Positions 38,501-50,800 of a DNA stretch of 64,000 bases are shown piece by piece. The position numbers were made by a program, and so were the translations under genes. Every line of letters begins with the position of its first letter. The first letter of the stretch is position 1. The stretch is taken from assembly GCA_000708835.1 (NCBI GenBank), contig DF237428.1, positions 7,755 to 71,754 on the forward strand. Reading direction: 5' to 3'. The notes below the pieces were generated by a model. That model searched no databases and had not been told where the DNA came from. It saw only the letters and a list, made by a program, of their open reading frames with translations. This stretch comes from Klebsormidium nitens. Its lineage: Eukaryota > Plantae > Klebsormidiophyceae.

Positions 38501-39672
38501 TGCATGGTTGGCAAGAAGCACGTGGGAGTTGCGGGCCTGATTTCAAGTGTGGGACTCGCATATGAGCAGCATCTCGGTGCCTGAAAGATTTCTGGCCGTC
38601 TGGAATGCAGCTGAAGCCAGCTGAAGACACAGGTCTAGACTCTGCCAGTGTGAAACCTCAACAAAGTTTGCATCGCCGCGCGCGGCGGCGCGGGCATTGC
38701 GGATTCCGTCATCGCAACCGCTTGTTTCTTAATCGGACGGTCAATCATGCAGCTTGTGTAACTTGTGTAACAGCGCGCGTCAACTGCCCCCGTATCGTGG
38801 TTGCCTTTGACATAGGCGGTTATTAGTTGGCCGGTGTTGTAGATATTTTGAACACGTACACCTCCGATGATCAGGAGATTGCAGTACCTAGTACTGGCAT
38901 CCGAAGCAGAGGTAAGTATGTAGTACGACAGCATGCATGGCTAGCACGGGTTTAAAATTGATGACATCAGATATAGGCCGCCTGGGCCCAGCCAGGAAAT
39001 TTGCTGATCCGGCATGGCGGCCGCTAGCTGGGGTCAATTAGTATTGCATGATCATGACGTCCTGCATGATGGCTCTAAATGCACGACTAGTTGCAGGTTA
39101 CCCCTCGGTTCAGCTTGAATCATTGTGACTTGCTTACTTGCAGGCTATACAATTAACAATTAAGCTCGATCACTCGATGTTGCCAATCAATGTCGAACAT
39201 CGAGACTCAATTTCTCTGCCAAGACTTGGCGACTAGTCAATTGCATTGCTAGAATTGTAATCATGCATGCAAATCGATCTCAGTACACGCATGTTTTGCA
39301 TACGAATACCTGTACCGCACACCATGGCCGTGGCAAGCTTTCTGCATGCATCGAAGAATCTATTGAACCAGCTAGGGGCCCGCGGCCAACTATACAATCG
39401 GAGCATTGGTTCTCCACGCGTATATACGTCATGCACGTAGCAGTATATTAGAGGTATATTAATAAATAAAGTCGCGGCGTAGGTTGGCTACCACGTCTTC
39501 ATGATCTAGTCAACTCAAACGGGCATGAACTGTCATGTGTACGCAGGGCCCACCCAGGGCCCATTGCCAGGTTGCGTCGGCGTCAACTCTACCGCCCAAA
39601 TGCATGCTTGAGTTGATGTCCAAAATATGCATCAAGTCAGGCCTGAGGCACGGTGACCAACATAAGCACGTG
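38501..39672. promoter_or_regulatory. Cluster of RY-core (CATGCA/TGCATG) and G-box (CACGTG) motifs upstream of the GT47 gene
   Basis: Nine RY-core loci at 38501, 38746, 38932, 39045, 39063, 39262, 39343, 39430 and 39601; G-boxes at 38519 and 39667. Function is inferred only. Confidence 0.3.
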
Positions 39673-40105
39673 TAGCACGGCATGACGATTTTGATATACT
39701 GCGCAAGGCCCGGCCTACCCTATAATGCTCCTGTTGGTGATTTGACGGCCCATGATTCGCAATTTTGGATGAAGAATGATTTGCAGCTCTTTGAATGTTG
39801 TCGTAATACACCGGAGTCGAAAAACAGATTCTACGGAGACCCTCTCAGTAAGTCTCTTTTCTCCATTGGCAAAAAAGAATGGAAAACGAGGCGAGATACC
39901 ATATAGCTGCTGACCGGCCCACTCCCTGTCGATGTTTGTTGCTCAGCACGTTGCTCATGCGAGCTGCATAACTGGCAAAGCCACATGACTTCGGCTTGCG
40001 TTAGCGACACCCGAAATCCTCGCTTGGAACAACTTCGAGACAATGGCAACCAACCTCCAATTGATCCCTTATTCTGGATGTACCACCCTAAGCCTCAGCT
40101 CTCCG

Positions 40106-43100
40106 CTAGCTCAAACTAGCTGCCAACGCCGTCGCCTGCGCTTGAACAACTTTCACCGCCTGTTCCGCCACCGCCCGACTCCGTGCTTCCTCCGCCCACT
40201 TCTTCACTAAAGTCTCCGCCCCGGTCCCCTTAAATGCGCTCTCCAAAACTTTCGCCACCTCCGTAAGCTCCCCATGCGCGAGCAGCGCCTCCGCCCGCGC
40301 CAGGGCTGCGTCTGATGTGGCAGCGTTTGGTTGGCTACCGTTCTGAGGTGCCGGTTCCTTGACCTTGAGTGTGGATGCGGCCCATGCGAGCGCGTGCGCC
40401 AGCATGCCCCCGCCGCCCGGGGGGAGGAGGACCAACTGCTTCGCGCGGCCTTGCAGCGCTTCGAACTGCACGGGGTTGTGAAAGAAGGGTTACAAATCCA
40501 GGCCGGCTCAGCTTGCTTAGGCGAAGGCTGCAGCGAAAACTTGACCTGATTTGAAGGAGACGCTCTGCAATGCCTTACGTCTGGGCCAAGAAGATATTCT
40601 GGTGCATCACAGACCAACTTTACAGATCTGCAATTGGACGACTCGCTTGGTGAAACAGTACACAACTCTCCCGACGCTCAAGTACCATCAAAGTGGTCTC
40701 TTGAGGGCGTGCCCCATCAGGAAGCGTTCGATGCCAAGCGCTTTCTATTACGACGTTGTCTGCATGATACACTTACTAGGTACACATATCCCACACATGC
40801 TGGTGCCGCAAGAGTCCTATAGAACAGTCGAGGGTTCACAGACGGCTCTCGTAAACACCGGCAGGTTCAATATATTATTGAGTAGGCTTTGCGACGGCAG
40901 TCTGCTGAGAATCTCGGCACCGTCAGAATTGACACGAACGGGCATGGAAACGCCCTTGATTTGGATGGTATCCAATTCCTACCCGCTCTTGCAGCTCCGC
41001 TCTCGTGGGCGCCCCTGTCTCCGCAACGACGGCCGGAACCGACGTGAGCGCGGCCATGACGAGGGGATCCCCCTCGTCCACCGCCGCTGCCAGCAGACGG
41101 ACCTCCTCCTTCAGCGGCTGCCCGCTCTCTAGAGCGTCTTCCAATGCGAACGCGCCCTGCAAAGCAAAGAGTCAACAATGTGTTTCTAGAAGCCTCATGC
41201 AAAGGAAAGAGCCAACACATGTGGCTTTGAAAGCGTCAAGTTTGAGCGCTTGCAACATCATCTCAAGTGGGCACACGCATGTGACGTAATGTCAGAAGAC
41301 GACGGAAATTGTTGTCGCCCTGCTCCTCGAACAGGAGTGTATACAGCAAGTCAAGATACTGCGAGAGCGACTTCAGAAACGACACTCGAGGCTGGAAAAC
41401 AAAGCAGTGGGCACTCAAGACCACGCGTTTACTCCAGTCTCTTTTTGTGTCCTTGAGTTAGGCCGAAGCATACGACACGGCCGAAAGTGCGGCTTCAAAA
41501 GCGATACAAGTCGAGGAAGGTAACTAAGCTGAAGGTTATCCTGGCGTCTCGCATATGCTCTCGTCAATTCACAAGCATTCCAACCTGACCAGAACATGCA
41601 CCTCAAAGAAAGATGCGAGCTTCGGTAATCTCGCCTACAATGTGGTCAATGAACGAGTATCTGTGCAAGGGCAAAACTTGCACATTTGAGATCAATAGAC
41701 AGACAGCAGTTGCCAAACGACGTGGGGGCTCACCAAGGCAAGCTTGTGGGCGGTGTGGCTCTTCTGCGCTTCCCGAGATCGGCTGCTGAAAGCGTCCTGG
41801 AGGGCGTTCACCTACAAAACGAGAAGAAGGACGACCAGTCAATCACATAAGGCTTGCTACTCGAAGGGGCTTGAAAGCACCGGCTGAGGCATTTACCTGC
41901 GGATGACACTAGAGGGGCCGTATCAGCCAGCCACTCTTGCTACAGCTCTTTGCGTTCAATCTGCCGCCCTCGAAACCTTGAACTCTCGCGCGAGGCACAA
42001 TCTTGGACTGTACCTTTGGCAGGACCGGCTGATCGACTGGTGTAGATGAGGTACTGAAGGTCGAGAAGTGAGGGGGAAAGTGGCGAGGATGACGCAAGAG
42101 GCTGTGAGAAAAGTAAAGCAACGGCTAAACTGCAGCAAACTCATTGGACTTGAAGATCGGACGCACAAACCCTTCCCAAGTACCATTCCAGACGGCAGAA
42201 ACCTCTTTAGAAAACCGTAGTCAGCCACCCAAAGCATCCTCCTACCTGCATCCGTAGTTCATCCAGCTGCTCTGCCCGTTCCTTCCTCTCGTCCGCAACC
42301 GTCAGCGCGGCTTTCGCGGCCGCAGTGGTCCGCACTTTCTCGATCAGAGCCTCTGTCTCGCGCAGCGCCGCCTGCAGCGCCGCAATGCGCTTCTCCTCCC
42401 CGCGCCGCCACTGGTCGTGCAGCGCCGCACGGTATGCGGCCTTCTTGCGGGTCAGGTCCTGCACATAATGTATACAAACTTTGAGGATATGCGACGTGTT
42501 GGCGTTTTGAGAAAGTTGTGCCTTCCGTAAAACCACCTGCATGGAATGTGCTTCTCCTCCTCGCGCCGCCACTAATCATGCGGCGCCGCACGGAAGGCGG
42601 CCTTCTTGCGGGTCAGATCTCTGCCCACCAGTAATCAGACTTTCACATTGTTGCACTCTCGTTGTCAGGTAGATCCCCTGCGGCATCGCAACGAGCATCT
42701 GTCCCCCGCCGTGCCACTGATCGTGCAGCACAGCACGACATGTGCCCGTCAATCCTAACGAGAAAGACGTTTGTTTAAAAACGTGCGGATTTCTCAGGGT
42801 GTTCAAGTGGTAAGGGCTCTGTCTCGCGCCAGGAGGATAAACATGGAAAGAAGCGGAAACCCGGGCTCACCCTCTCAAGCTTGTGCACGATCTGCGCGTG
42901 CCGGAGCGCCTCCGCCCGCGCGTCCGCCAGCTCCACCCGGTGCTCCTCGTGCAGCTCCGCGATCTCGCGCTGGAACGCCTCCGAGTCGGCCTCCGCCTGC
43001 CCACGCACCGCCTCCTGTACCGCCTGCGACAAAGACCGACGACCACCTTATGTCAGGTTTCCGTAGTCGTTTTTCCATGATTCCGTTTTTTCTACCCGTT

Positions 43101-46100
43101 TCGTAGGTTCCATACTATTCGCGCTGGAACGCCGCCGAGTCGGCCTCTGCCTGCCTGCGCACGCCTCCTGAACCGCCTGCAAAAGAGACTGACGACGACC
43201 TTATGTCCAATTCTGAAGTCGTTTTTAAAAAAATCCATTTTTCTGCCCGTTTCGGAGTTTCCATATCCGCAGTGGAAGGCCTCCGAGTGGGCCTCCGCCT
43301 GCCCGAGCATCGCCTCCTGTACCGCCTGCATTGAGATTTGCATCAGTAAGTGTCATGTCAAATCTCCAAATCCACCAGTCCTTGTTTCCTTTGCTCTAAA
43401 GGTGCCCAGGTGACCAAAATCTTCAAATTTGGAAGTTCTTAATGTTCACTATGGGGTGCAGACTCGGCGTCCGCATAATAACACGTGGCAGCCTACATCG
43501 CCTGCAGAGTTGACGAATGCAAGTTGTTCTCAGTCCGAAAGACTCCACTGCTTGCGGTTCTGGACCGGGTTCGAATCCTTCCTTTATACTCTCGGGGCAG
43601 AGGAGGTGTGATGGATTGGACGATACAACAATGAAGTCCGTAGATTGATCAGGCTCGCTGGCCGCCAGCAGGTCTTGGATGGTGTGCACAGGCAGAGCAG
43701 CACAAGTCAGAGCGCGTTCCAGACTCTGACCAGCAAACGGATTCAAAGCCGTTTTAGTACATACGGGATACTCAAAAGAGTCCGATTTCGAGGTTGCCAT
43801 ACACGAAGCGCTCAGACCAAACGCTTACCTCTGCAATCAGCGCTCCGATTGCTACATCTCCTTTGGCCCCCAAGTACCCGAACTCCCCGCGCTTCAGCCG
43901 ATCTGCCTCCGCCGCCAACGTCTGAACACCCGCCGCTAGTTCCTCGAATCCCTCAAGTTTCGGACTCTTCGCCGCCAGAAGTTCCTGTTGGCTCGGCCTC
44001 CTGAAAGGGCCGGACTCCTCTTCGTCCTCCTCTTCTTGTCGCTTCCTGAGGGCTTCATGCGCCACTTTCTCCGCTTCGCGCTTGGCTGTCTCGGCGCGTT
44101 CGTGGGTCTTGCGGATGTTCTCAAGAATGAGGCTCTCGGGGGCTAGGGACTCGCTCTGGCCGGAGGTCCGTTTCTCGACCTCTTCAACCGCACGCCGGAG
44201 CTGCGGGGCAAAGCTGCATATTTCAGATTGCAGCAACAACAAGAGAATCAACCCCTCCTCGTCACATGAGAGACGGGAGAAGCAATCCGCATTCAGTGCC
44301 GAGAATAAAGCGATCGACTCAGGCCTTACTTAGACCTTTCTTACAGCGCAGTGACCGTGCACGTCGCAACAGCCTTTCTTGAAGGGCTTTGCAGGATCCC
44401 AAGGAGCACGTGCACGTCTACCTCGAGTCAGCAACACTCAGCAGGACCATACTCGAAACATCTGCTACGTTTTCAAGAACGCTTGGTGTAGCTTATGGAA
44501 AAACAGCAGAATTGAGTCTCAATCTGCGCGCAACTGACAGATTACGTCAGTGACGTTAAAGGCCTGAAATCCAAACCGCTTGACTCCCCAAAAGCCTTAC
44601 GTTGTGCACGTGCTGCTTCGCCTTCTTGGAGGCCTCCGTCTCCTCCTCGCCCCCTTCCCGCCTCGCCGCCTCCTGCAACACCTTGTGCAGCTCCGCGTCC
44701 CGCTCACTCTCATCGCTGACATCACTGTCCTCGTCATCACCCTCATCTCCCCCCTCATTGCTGACCTCAGCAGACTTCTTTTTATGCAATTCTTCCTTCC
44801 CGTTGACATCATTTTGCTGCTCCTCCCCCTTGCGGACAATAGCGGTGCCGTCCAGCAACGCCTGCACGGGCGCCTGGGGCCCCTGTGCACCGCCTGCACG
44901 TGCGGGCCCGCTCTCAACCTCACGCAGAGTTTCAGACGCTTCGGACACTGGAGCTTCGGCGCTTTCAGACGCGGCCTCGGACGCCGCCTCTCCCGCAGTG
45001 TCGAGCTTGCCTTCGGACGCGCCTACAGATGCCGCTTGGGACGCCGCAACCGGCTTGCCTACGAATGCTGCCCCTACTAATGGGGCCTTGCCCTCTGCCG
45101 GCTTTTGGTTCCCTGCTTGCTTCTTCTCCTGCTCGGAACCCTCTGCTTTTGCCTCCTTTCCTTCTGATTCCCCAGCAACTTCCGCATCTTTCTGCGCATT
45201 TGCTACCTTCGCCGCACCGCTCAGCTTAGCTGCCAGATCTCCAGTCCCGTTCTTCCCACCAAGGATTCCCGAAGTACTGCTCTTCTGAGGCAACCTCGTT
45301 CCCTCATCCGCCTCTCCCCTGTCCGCCGCCCCTTGTTGACTTCCCTTTCCATTCTGCTCTCCCCCCTGCTTCGGCGACACCGCTGTAGCAACCCCCTTCG
45401 GAGTTGTCTCTGGTCCTAATGGCAAATAGCCCTTCAGATCGTCCCAGTAGTAATATGCACCACCACCGGCACCTAATGCCGCCAACAGCAACAAGATTGT
45501 CCCTGCTCCCTCCCCCCCGCCAGAAGGAGCCGCGCTTGGCCCCCCAGCTCCTGAGACCGCCCCCACCCCCCCTGTCCCGGGGGGCGAATTCAACCCCTTA
45601 GTGGTTGGGCTTCCCTGCGCGCCAAAAATAGGCGCCGCCTGAGCAGCCCCCGTGTCATGAACTGGAACATTTACTTTGCTGATGTCAGCGGCGGGGGTCT
45701 CTACTGTTGGGGAGGGGGCGGGGGTTGCGCTGCTGCCGGCGGTTCCGACGACCACCTTCTGGCCAGCCGCGAGGCCGCCACTTGCCGCGCTCGCATTGGC
45801 GGTTGCGCTGTGCACGTGCGGCTTGGCAGAGGGAGGTCTGGCAGTGTGCTTGTTGGAGTTGTTTTTCAGGTTGGGGAAGGAAGATGTGGTGAATGGCTGC
45901 AAACAGCAGAGCTTGCTAGTTTTTGATGCGGCTGGAGAACAGAGCTTTGCATGCATTTGAGAGCATCTCTGCATCAGTCCACAAACCACAGATTGATTTC
46001 TTGTTTGCAGTGCTTTGATTCTTTCGACGGCCACTACTTGGAGCTCCCAGACAGCGATGGACTGCTGAAACTATACACAAAGTGCTTATCCCATACAACA

Positions 46101-46815
46101 CATTACATAAGATGCAAACAAACTTCATTGACTCGCAGTCTGGACCAATGCAATTTTGGAGAAAAGCCGCTTTTAATCCCAGATAGAGTCATAACTAATG
46201 GAGATCCGGCCGCAAGTGCCGGATCAACCTGATTAGCCGAGTGCTCAGGCTTTGATCAGGAGGCTTAAAACATTTATCCTCTGCTTTAAAACTTCATCTC
46301 CAATTGATGCGTGCAACCTTCTGAAAATGTATCACAGAGGTTAAATGAACACAATCTCATCCTCAATCTGCAAACTGACCGCGATCCAGATCGCAAGGAC
46401 TATACTGTTCGCTCCACTTTCACCATGAGTGTATTCATTGTCCACCGAAACCTGTCTACTTTACCATAGTCTTGGATTCCGAAGTCCAATGACACAGCCG
46501 CGGATTTTCAAACCATCAGTGTCTACAGATTCTGATGCAGCACGCCGACAAAGCAAGAATGCCGCGCAGATGATATTTGGAAACGAGCAATCAACAACCC
46601 GCAGCAGCAAAACCCTTCTGCAGCAAAATCACAGAAAGCACATAGTCAGCATTGTTCTGACGCACCTTATTGGCTAGAGCTGGCCCCTCTGCGATGGCAA
46701 TTGCGAAGGACTCGCTTGACACAGAGGTCGTCCCTTCAATGCATGCCTGCAGCTGCGTCTGGATCGCGCGCCTGCTGAGGTGGCGCGCGAGCAGGAGGCG
46801 AGGTAGCAACGACAT
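40106..46815 (-). CDS. MIC60: MICOS complex subunit MIC60 (mitofilin); 8 exons, about 904-931 aa depending on the exon-1 donor
   Basis: Exons: 46815-46747 (or 46666), 45896-44601, 44200-43829, 43023-42871, 42458-42246, 41811-41734, 41156-40983, 40465-40106. Presequence-like MSLLPRLLLARHLSRR, TM ILLLLAALGAGGGAYYYW, coiled coil, VNALQDAFSSRSREAQKSHTAHKLAL|GAFALEDAL, and C-terminal mitofilin domain (GGMLAHALAWAASTLKVKE...LARAEALLAHGEL...WAEEARSRAVAEQAV). The start exon is less certain than the rest. Confidence 0.88.
42540..43335 (-). repeat. Intronic exon-edge duplicates in MIC60, including a tandem unit of about 150 bp (intron end plus exon start) repeated three times
   Basis: Acceptor plus GCGGT(A/T)CAGGAGGCG begins at 43325, 43176 and the live 43023, with shared intronic spacer text. 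Copies of the 42458 exon start lie at about 42625-42540 and 42750-42670. Confidence 0.92.
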
Positions 46816-47862
46816 TGCTGACGCGCTGCTCTGCGCAGATCGAGCTATCTACCTACCAAGCGAAAGAAGGCGCCAAGAATGGTGGCAAGAAAGTCGCTGC
46901 ATGTGCACATGGCCCTGGCTGGGATAGTGGGAGAGAAGCACGGCGCTGGAAAATCGGTTCCGTCCCTCCGCTTCATGAGTCTTGATTCCGACCCGGAACG
47001 ACCGGATTCCGCCCAAGCGCTTCCGCCAACGGATTCAAAGACGGAAGTAGACGGAAGAGCCGGGACGCCGGACGATCTTCTAGCTTGACGAGTCTCAGCT
47101 CGCTGATGACTTTCAGAGGTGAGTCAAGGTTGGGGCGGTCTTGAAACAGAGCGGCGCAGGGGCAGATTTGTCTCGAAGTGCAATTCTTGAGTCATTACGT
47201 CAGGCCAACGATGTGGGCGTCAGGGCATCTGCCATCAAGAGTTAGTGCACCCAAGGTCGATGTCTGATACATGGAAACCGTCGGCTGGTTTGGTACAAGT
47301 TTATCCATGCTGTAACCTAACTCGCAAGGACTCAGCGAATGACTCATATGCAAATAAGCGTTGCCACATTTCACAATATGGGCCGGCCGAGTGGCCGCGG
47401 TTCATGGCTAGCATGTGACACATTTCTTACTCGATCCTTTCATTGAAGGAAACCACATGATGAGGATAACGTTGTTTACAGAGTGGCGACAAATGATACT
47501 CAACCGACTGTCCGTTGACCTGGATTTATAATGGTAGAATAAGAATCTGAAGGTCGTTTCAAGACATCTCGAGTAATAAACTGTGCTTCGCAAGTCCAGG
47601 TGTCAACGCTCCTGATGTGCGACGACGTCACATGCTATTCTATACCGCCACTCTTCGTCACCAATGCGGAGCTGTTTCCTTAACTCACAATATGCCCGTT
47701 AACCGAATCGTATGCACGCGCTTCAGCAACTCTCTAAGATTCTGCACTTAGACGTAAATGTCCTCGGAATTTGAGTCTGCTCTCCGAAGATCCTCTTTTA
47801 TTGTTTCCGTCGTATCTTTCTGTGTTGCCTGTTTCCAGAACGAAAGGTACTAGCGCTCGGTA

Positions 47863-50800
47863 TCACAAAATGCTGTGAACGGCCAACTCACGCATAGTGC
47901 TGCAGTCCACGCTCACAAAGCCCACCCTGCTGTTCTCTGCGTCGAACACTACCTGTCACAAAAACGACTTGGACAATCGGGCAAGTCAAGGTATACATCG
48001 CTTCTGCGCCAGAATTTCAGCTCGTTGCGTACTCGAAAGAGACCAGAACTGCCAAGGCTTTGACGTACCATTCCGTATCTTCATGGTGGGAGAACTAGTT
48101 AAAAGGTCCTTTTTCCCCTCTACAAATCGAGACGGTGTGATGCTCAATGACCTGATGGATGCAGCGGGAAGAGTTGTGCCGTAGGGCAAATTTATGAGGC
48201 TGTAGAAGTTAGCGGTAAACTGTGGAAGTTAAAGGAACACGTTGAAGCTTCCAAGCAGTCACTGCAGCCGTTCATGTTCTAAAAAGCTTTGCTCTCCAAA
48301 TTCGCAAGCGATCAGAAGGAATGTTGCAGCCGACTTCTGATCAGGACGCCCGCAGCGCTTTCAAGTGATGCCCACAAAGGTCCTCAACACGGATTCGTTA
48401 GGGTCGGAAATTAGGTTCTGAAGCACAAAAGGAAGCAAATTAAGACCATACTAGCCTGCCAGAGTCGTCTCCTAGCCCGGTTTGCTGCCGTCGGATTTAG
48501 TTCACCGTACCAGGTTATCCGTGAGGAAGCTGTCACCAATGACCCATGTTCCATTGCCTTCGCCCCCATTGGCGATCCCCGGGTGAACGAACGGCCCCAT
48601 AGCGTTTTGGGACCGGGAGGTATACGACGCCGGCCGCGCGATCGCTTGCGTGCCTTGCAGCTGGAGCGTGAGCGTCGGGAAGCGCGCAGAAATCTCCCCG
48701 TCCGAAAACGTCAGGAAAGCTGCGGAGAATCAGTCCGAGCTGCGAGGGTTTGTCAGTCACCTTCTCCTTGAACCATCCAGTCGAAGAAAGATAAGCACCG
48801 CTAAACCAGTATCCTGGACGGTAAACCAGCACGCTTCCGTGCTGATTGCTAGCACGAATCCGGTCGACGAGGCAGCCGAGGTGGATGCTGCCGTGCGGTA
48901 CCGTGTCCTTGCCGGCTCGTATCGGGACCGGCTAGACACACTACCCGATCCTACCTCCGACCGCCGGTCTCGACTCACTGCGGCCTACTCGGCTCTCGAC
49001 TCCTATAGACATGCTCACGACATGATGGAAAACGAAGGATCGCCCCCATCCGGGGCCAACCCCTTCATTTACCGTCAGGTTTTAGATTCAGAATACTTCA
49101 AGGCACTTTCCTGATCATTCGCCCAGTAGCGGAAGCGCTGATTGCTACTCCGTACCGCTCAATCTTTCAAAAAGGCAGCACGGACGTCGAGCAAGGATAC
49201 TGAACAGCAGACATCAGACAAAAAGTAGAGCGCAACGGAAGATTACTCACGTGGGTTACACGTCGTGAGACTGCACAAAGGCAAAGCGTACGACGCGCGT
49301 CAGACGGACGAGGGTCAATCGGACGGTCACGACAGGTGGACTGATGGTGACGATATTTCGGACATTGATCGAACTCGAAGCATCATTTCGTCCACGTCTG
49401 CTGGTTAATCAGGATAAAAACTTAGACTGGGCGGTTTCTTTGCTGCTCTAGTGCGCTGCCGATGTCACTGCAGAAGACCCAGCGCAGTCTACTGTTTCCC
49501 ACTTTTAGACGACTAACTCCAGATTCGCAGATGCCTGTCCATCCTTTTGACCCCTTGCCATGCGATGATTGACAGGAATGGCCGTTCAGTTCCATTTCAG
49601 CCGTTCGAAAGCGGGTCGGTTCATGCATGGTTATCCCTTTTCCATCTTCGAGGACCTATTTGTCAAGCGTCCGGACTTTTTCCTTATTTCGGGAAATGCT
49701 TGTTTGTGAATATTGCAGAAGGCCTCGTAGGGCAAACCGCACGATTTGAGATTTGAAGGTTGTTTTCCGAGGAACTTAAAAGAGAGAAACAACTCACTCA
49801 ACGTAGTCTAAACCGCCGAGAGAGACGGAGTGGAGGCACCCGGTGGCCAGCTGGATGGCGCCGAACAAACTGTTGTAAATTGGTGTTTCAAGAAACGTGA
49901 GCGTAGTGCCTGCAGGAGAACGCTCAAGGTTGCATAGGAAGTCCCCGGTTGAGTTTTTCCGTCCTACCAGGGCGGATCACGCTGTTAGTGAAGGTTACTC
50001 CTTGCAATATCTTAAACTGTTCTCAGTTCGAATCTGTTACGAAGAACTTGGCAGATCCCTGAGACTGGCTCGAGGTAAGATTCTGAAAGGAAACAGTTGT
50101 TCGAAAGCCGCTCCTGGAATTCGATGCCAGAAACCAGGGCTAACAAATTACTCTTCGTCTCAAACAGGAGCAAATATCGGCCTTTCCTCTCCCACAATCC
50201 TTCTCAGCTTAACGGATTCCATATAAGGAACCGCACCTGAGTCCACGATCCACTTGGAACCCCTCTCCGCATCCCGCTCCATTTTCGCTGCCGCCCCGGG
50301 CACCGGAACTCCGTTCACCAGAACGTCCGTCGCACTCGGGATGGCGAATTCGACCGACGGGTTTTGCAGCAGGGGGCCCGTGTAGGTTACGGCGTAGGGG
50401 CTACCGTCCGGCTGGGTGGGGACCCCCCCGAGAAAGAGCGTGCCCCCGGTGCTGTGGCCGGAGGCGAGGCAGAGAGCGAAAGTGGAGGAAGGCAGAGCGC
50501 CCGCCTGAAGGGGGGCACGAAAGAGGGGTTGGGAAAACGGCGCGAGACTGAAGCAAGGGGCTGGAGCTGAGGGTGAGACGAAGCGGGGAATAGGTGTGGG
50601 ACGTAAAACAGACATGTGTGAGAAAGGAGAGCGCGCGAAGCTTGCGGCGACGTCACTTTCCTAGTCCGCTCTGTTCAGAGGACGGACACAGTCGATTGAA
50701 ACAGGAACAGTTAAGTCACAGAGGAGGACAAACGATCATAGGGCCGACTCCAAATAAGAGCGAAATGGATTGCATGAGAAGTTCTAAGCAGATACATTCG

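Noticed and set aside
45951-46034. Start of MIC60 at the beginning of the 492-aa ORF (46034, 45974 or 45956)
   Set aside because: A strong acceptor at 45897 and a better presequence exon at 46815 argue that this stretch is intronic; kept only as an alternative.
46203-46225. 8-bp hairpin gatccggc/gccggatc in MIC60 intron 1
   Set aside because: Short GC-rich stem within chance expectation for 64 kb.
46670-47088. Plus-strand ORFs 46670-46927 and 46879-47088
   Set aside because: They overlap the MIC60 first exon and promoter; no family signal.
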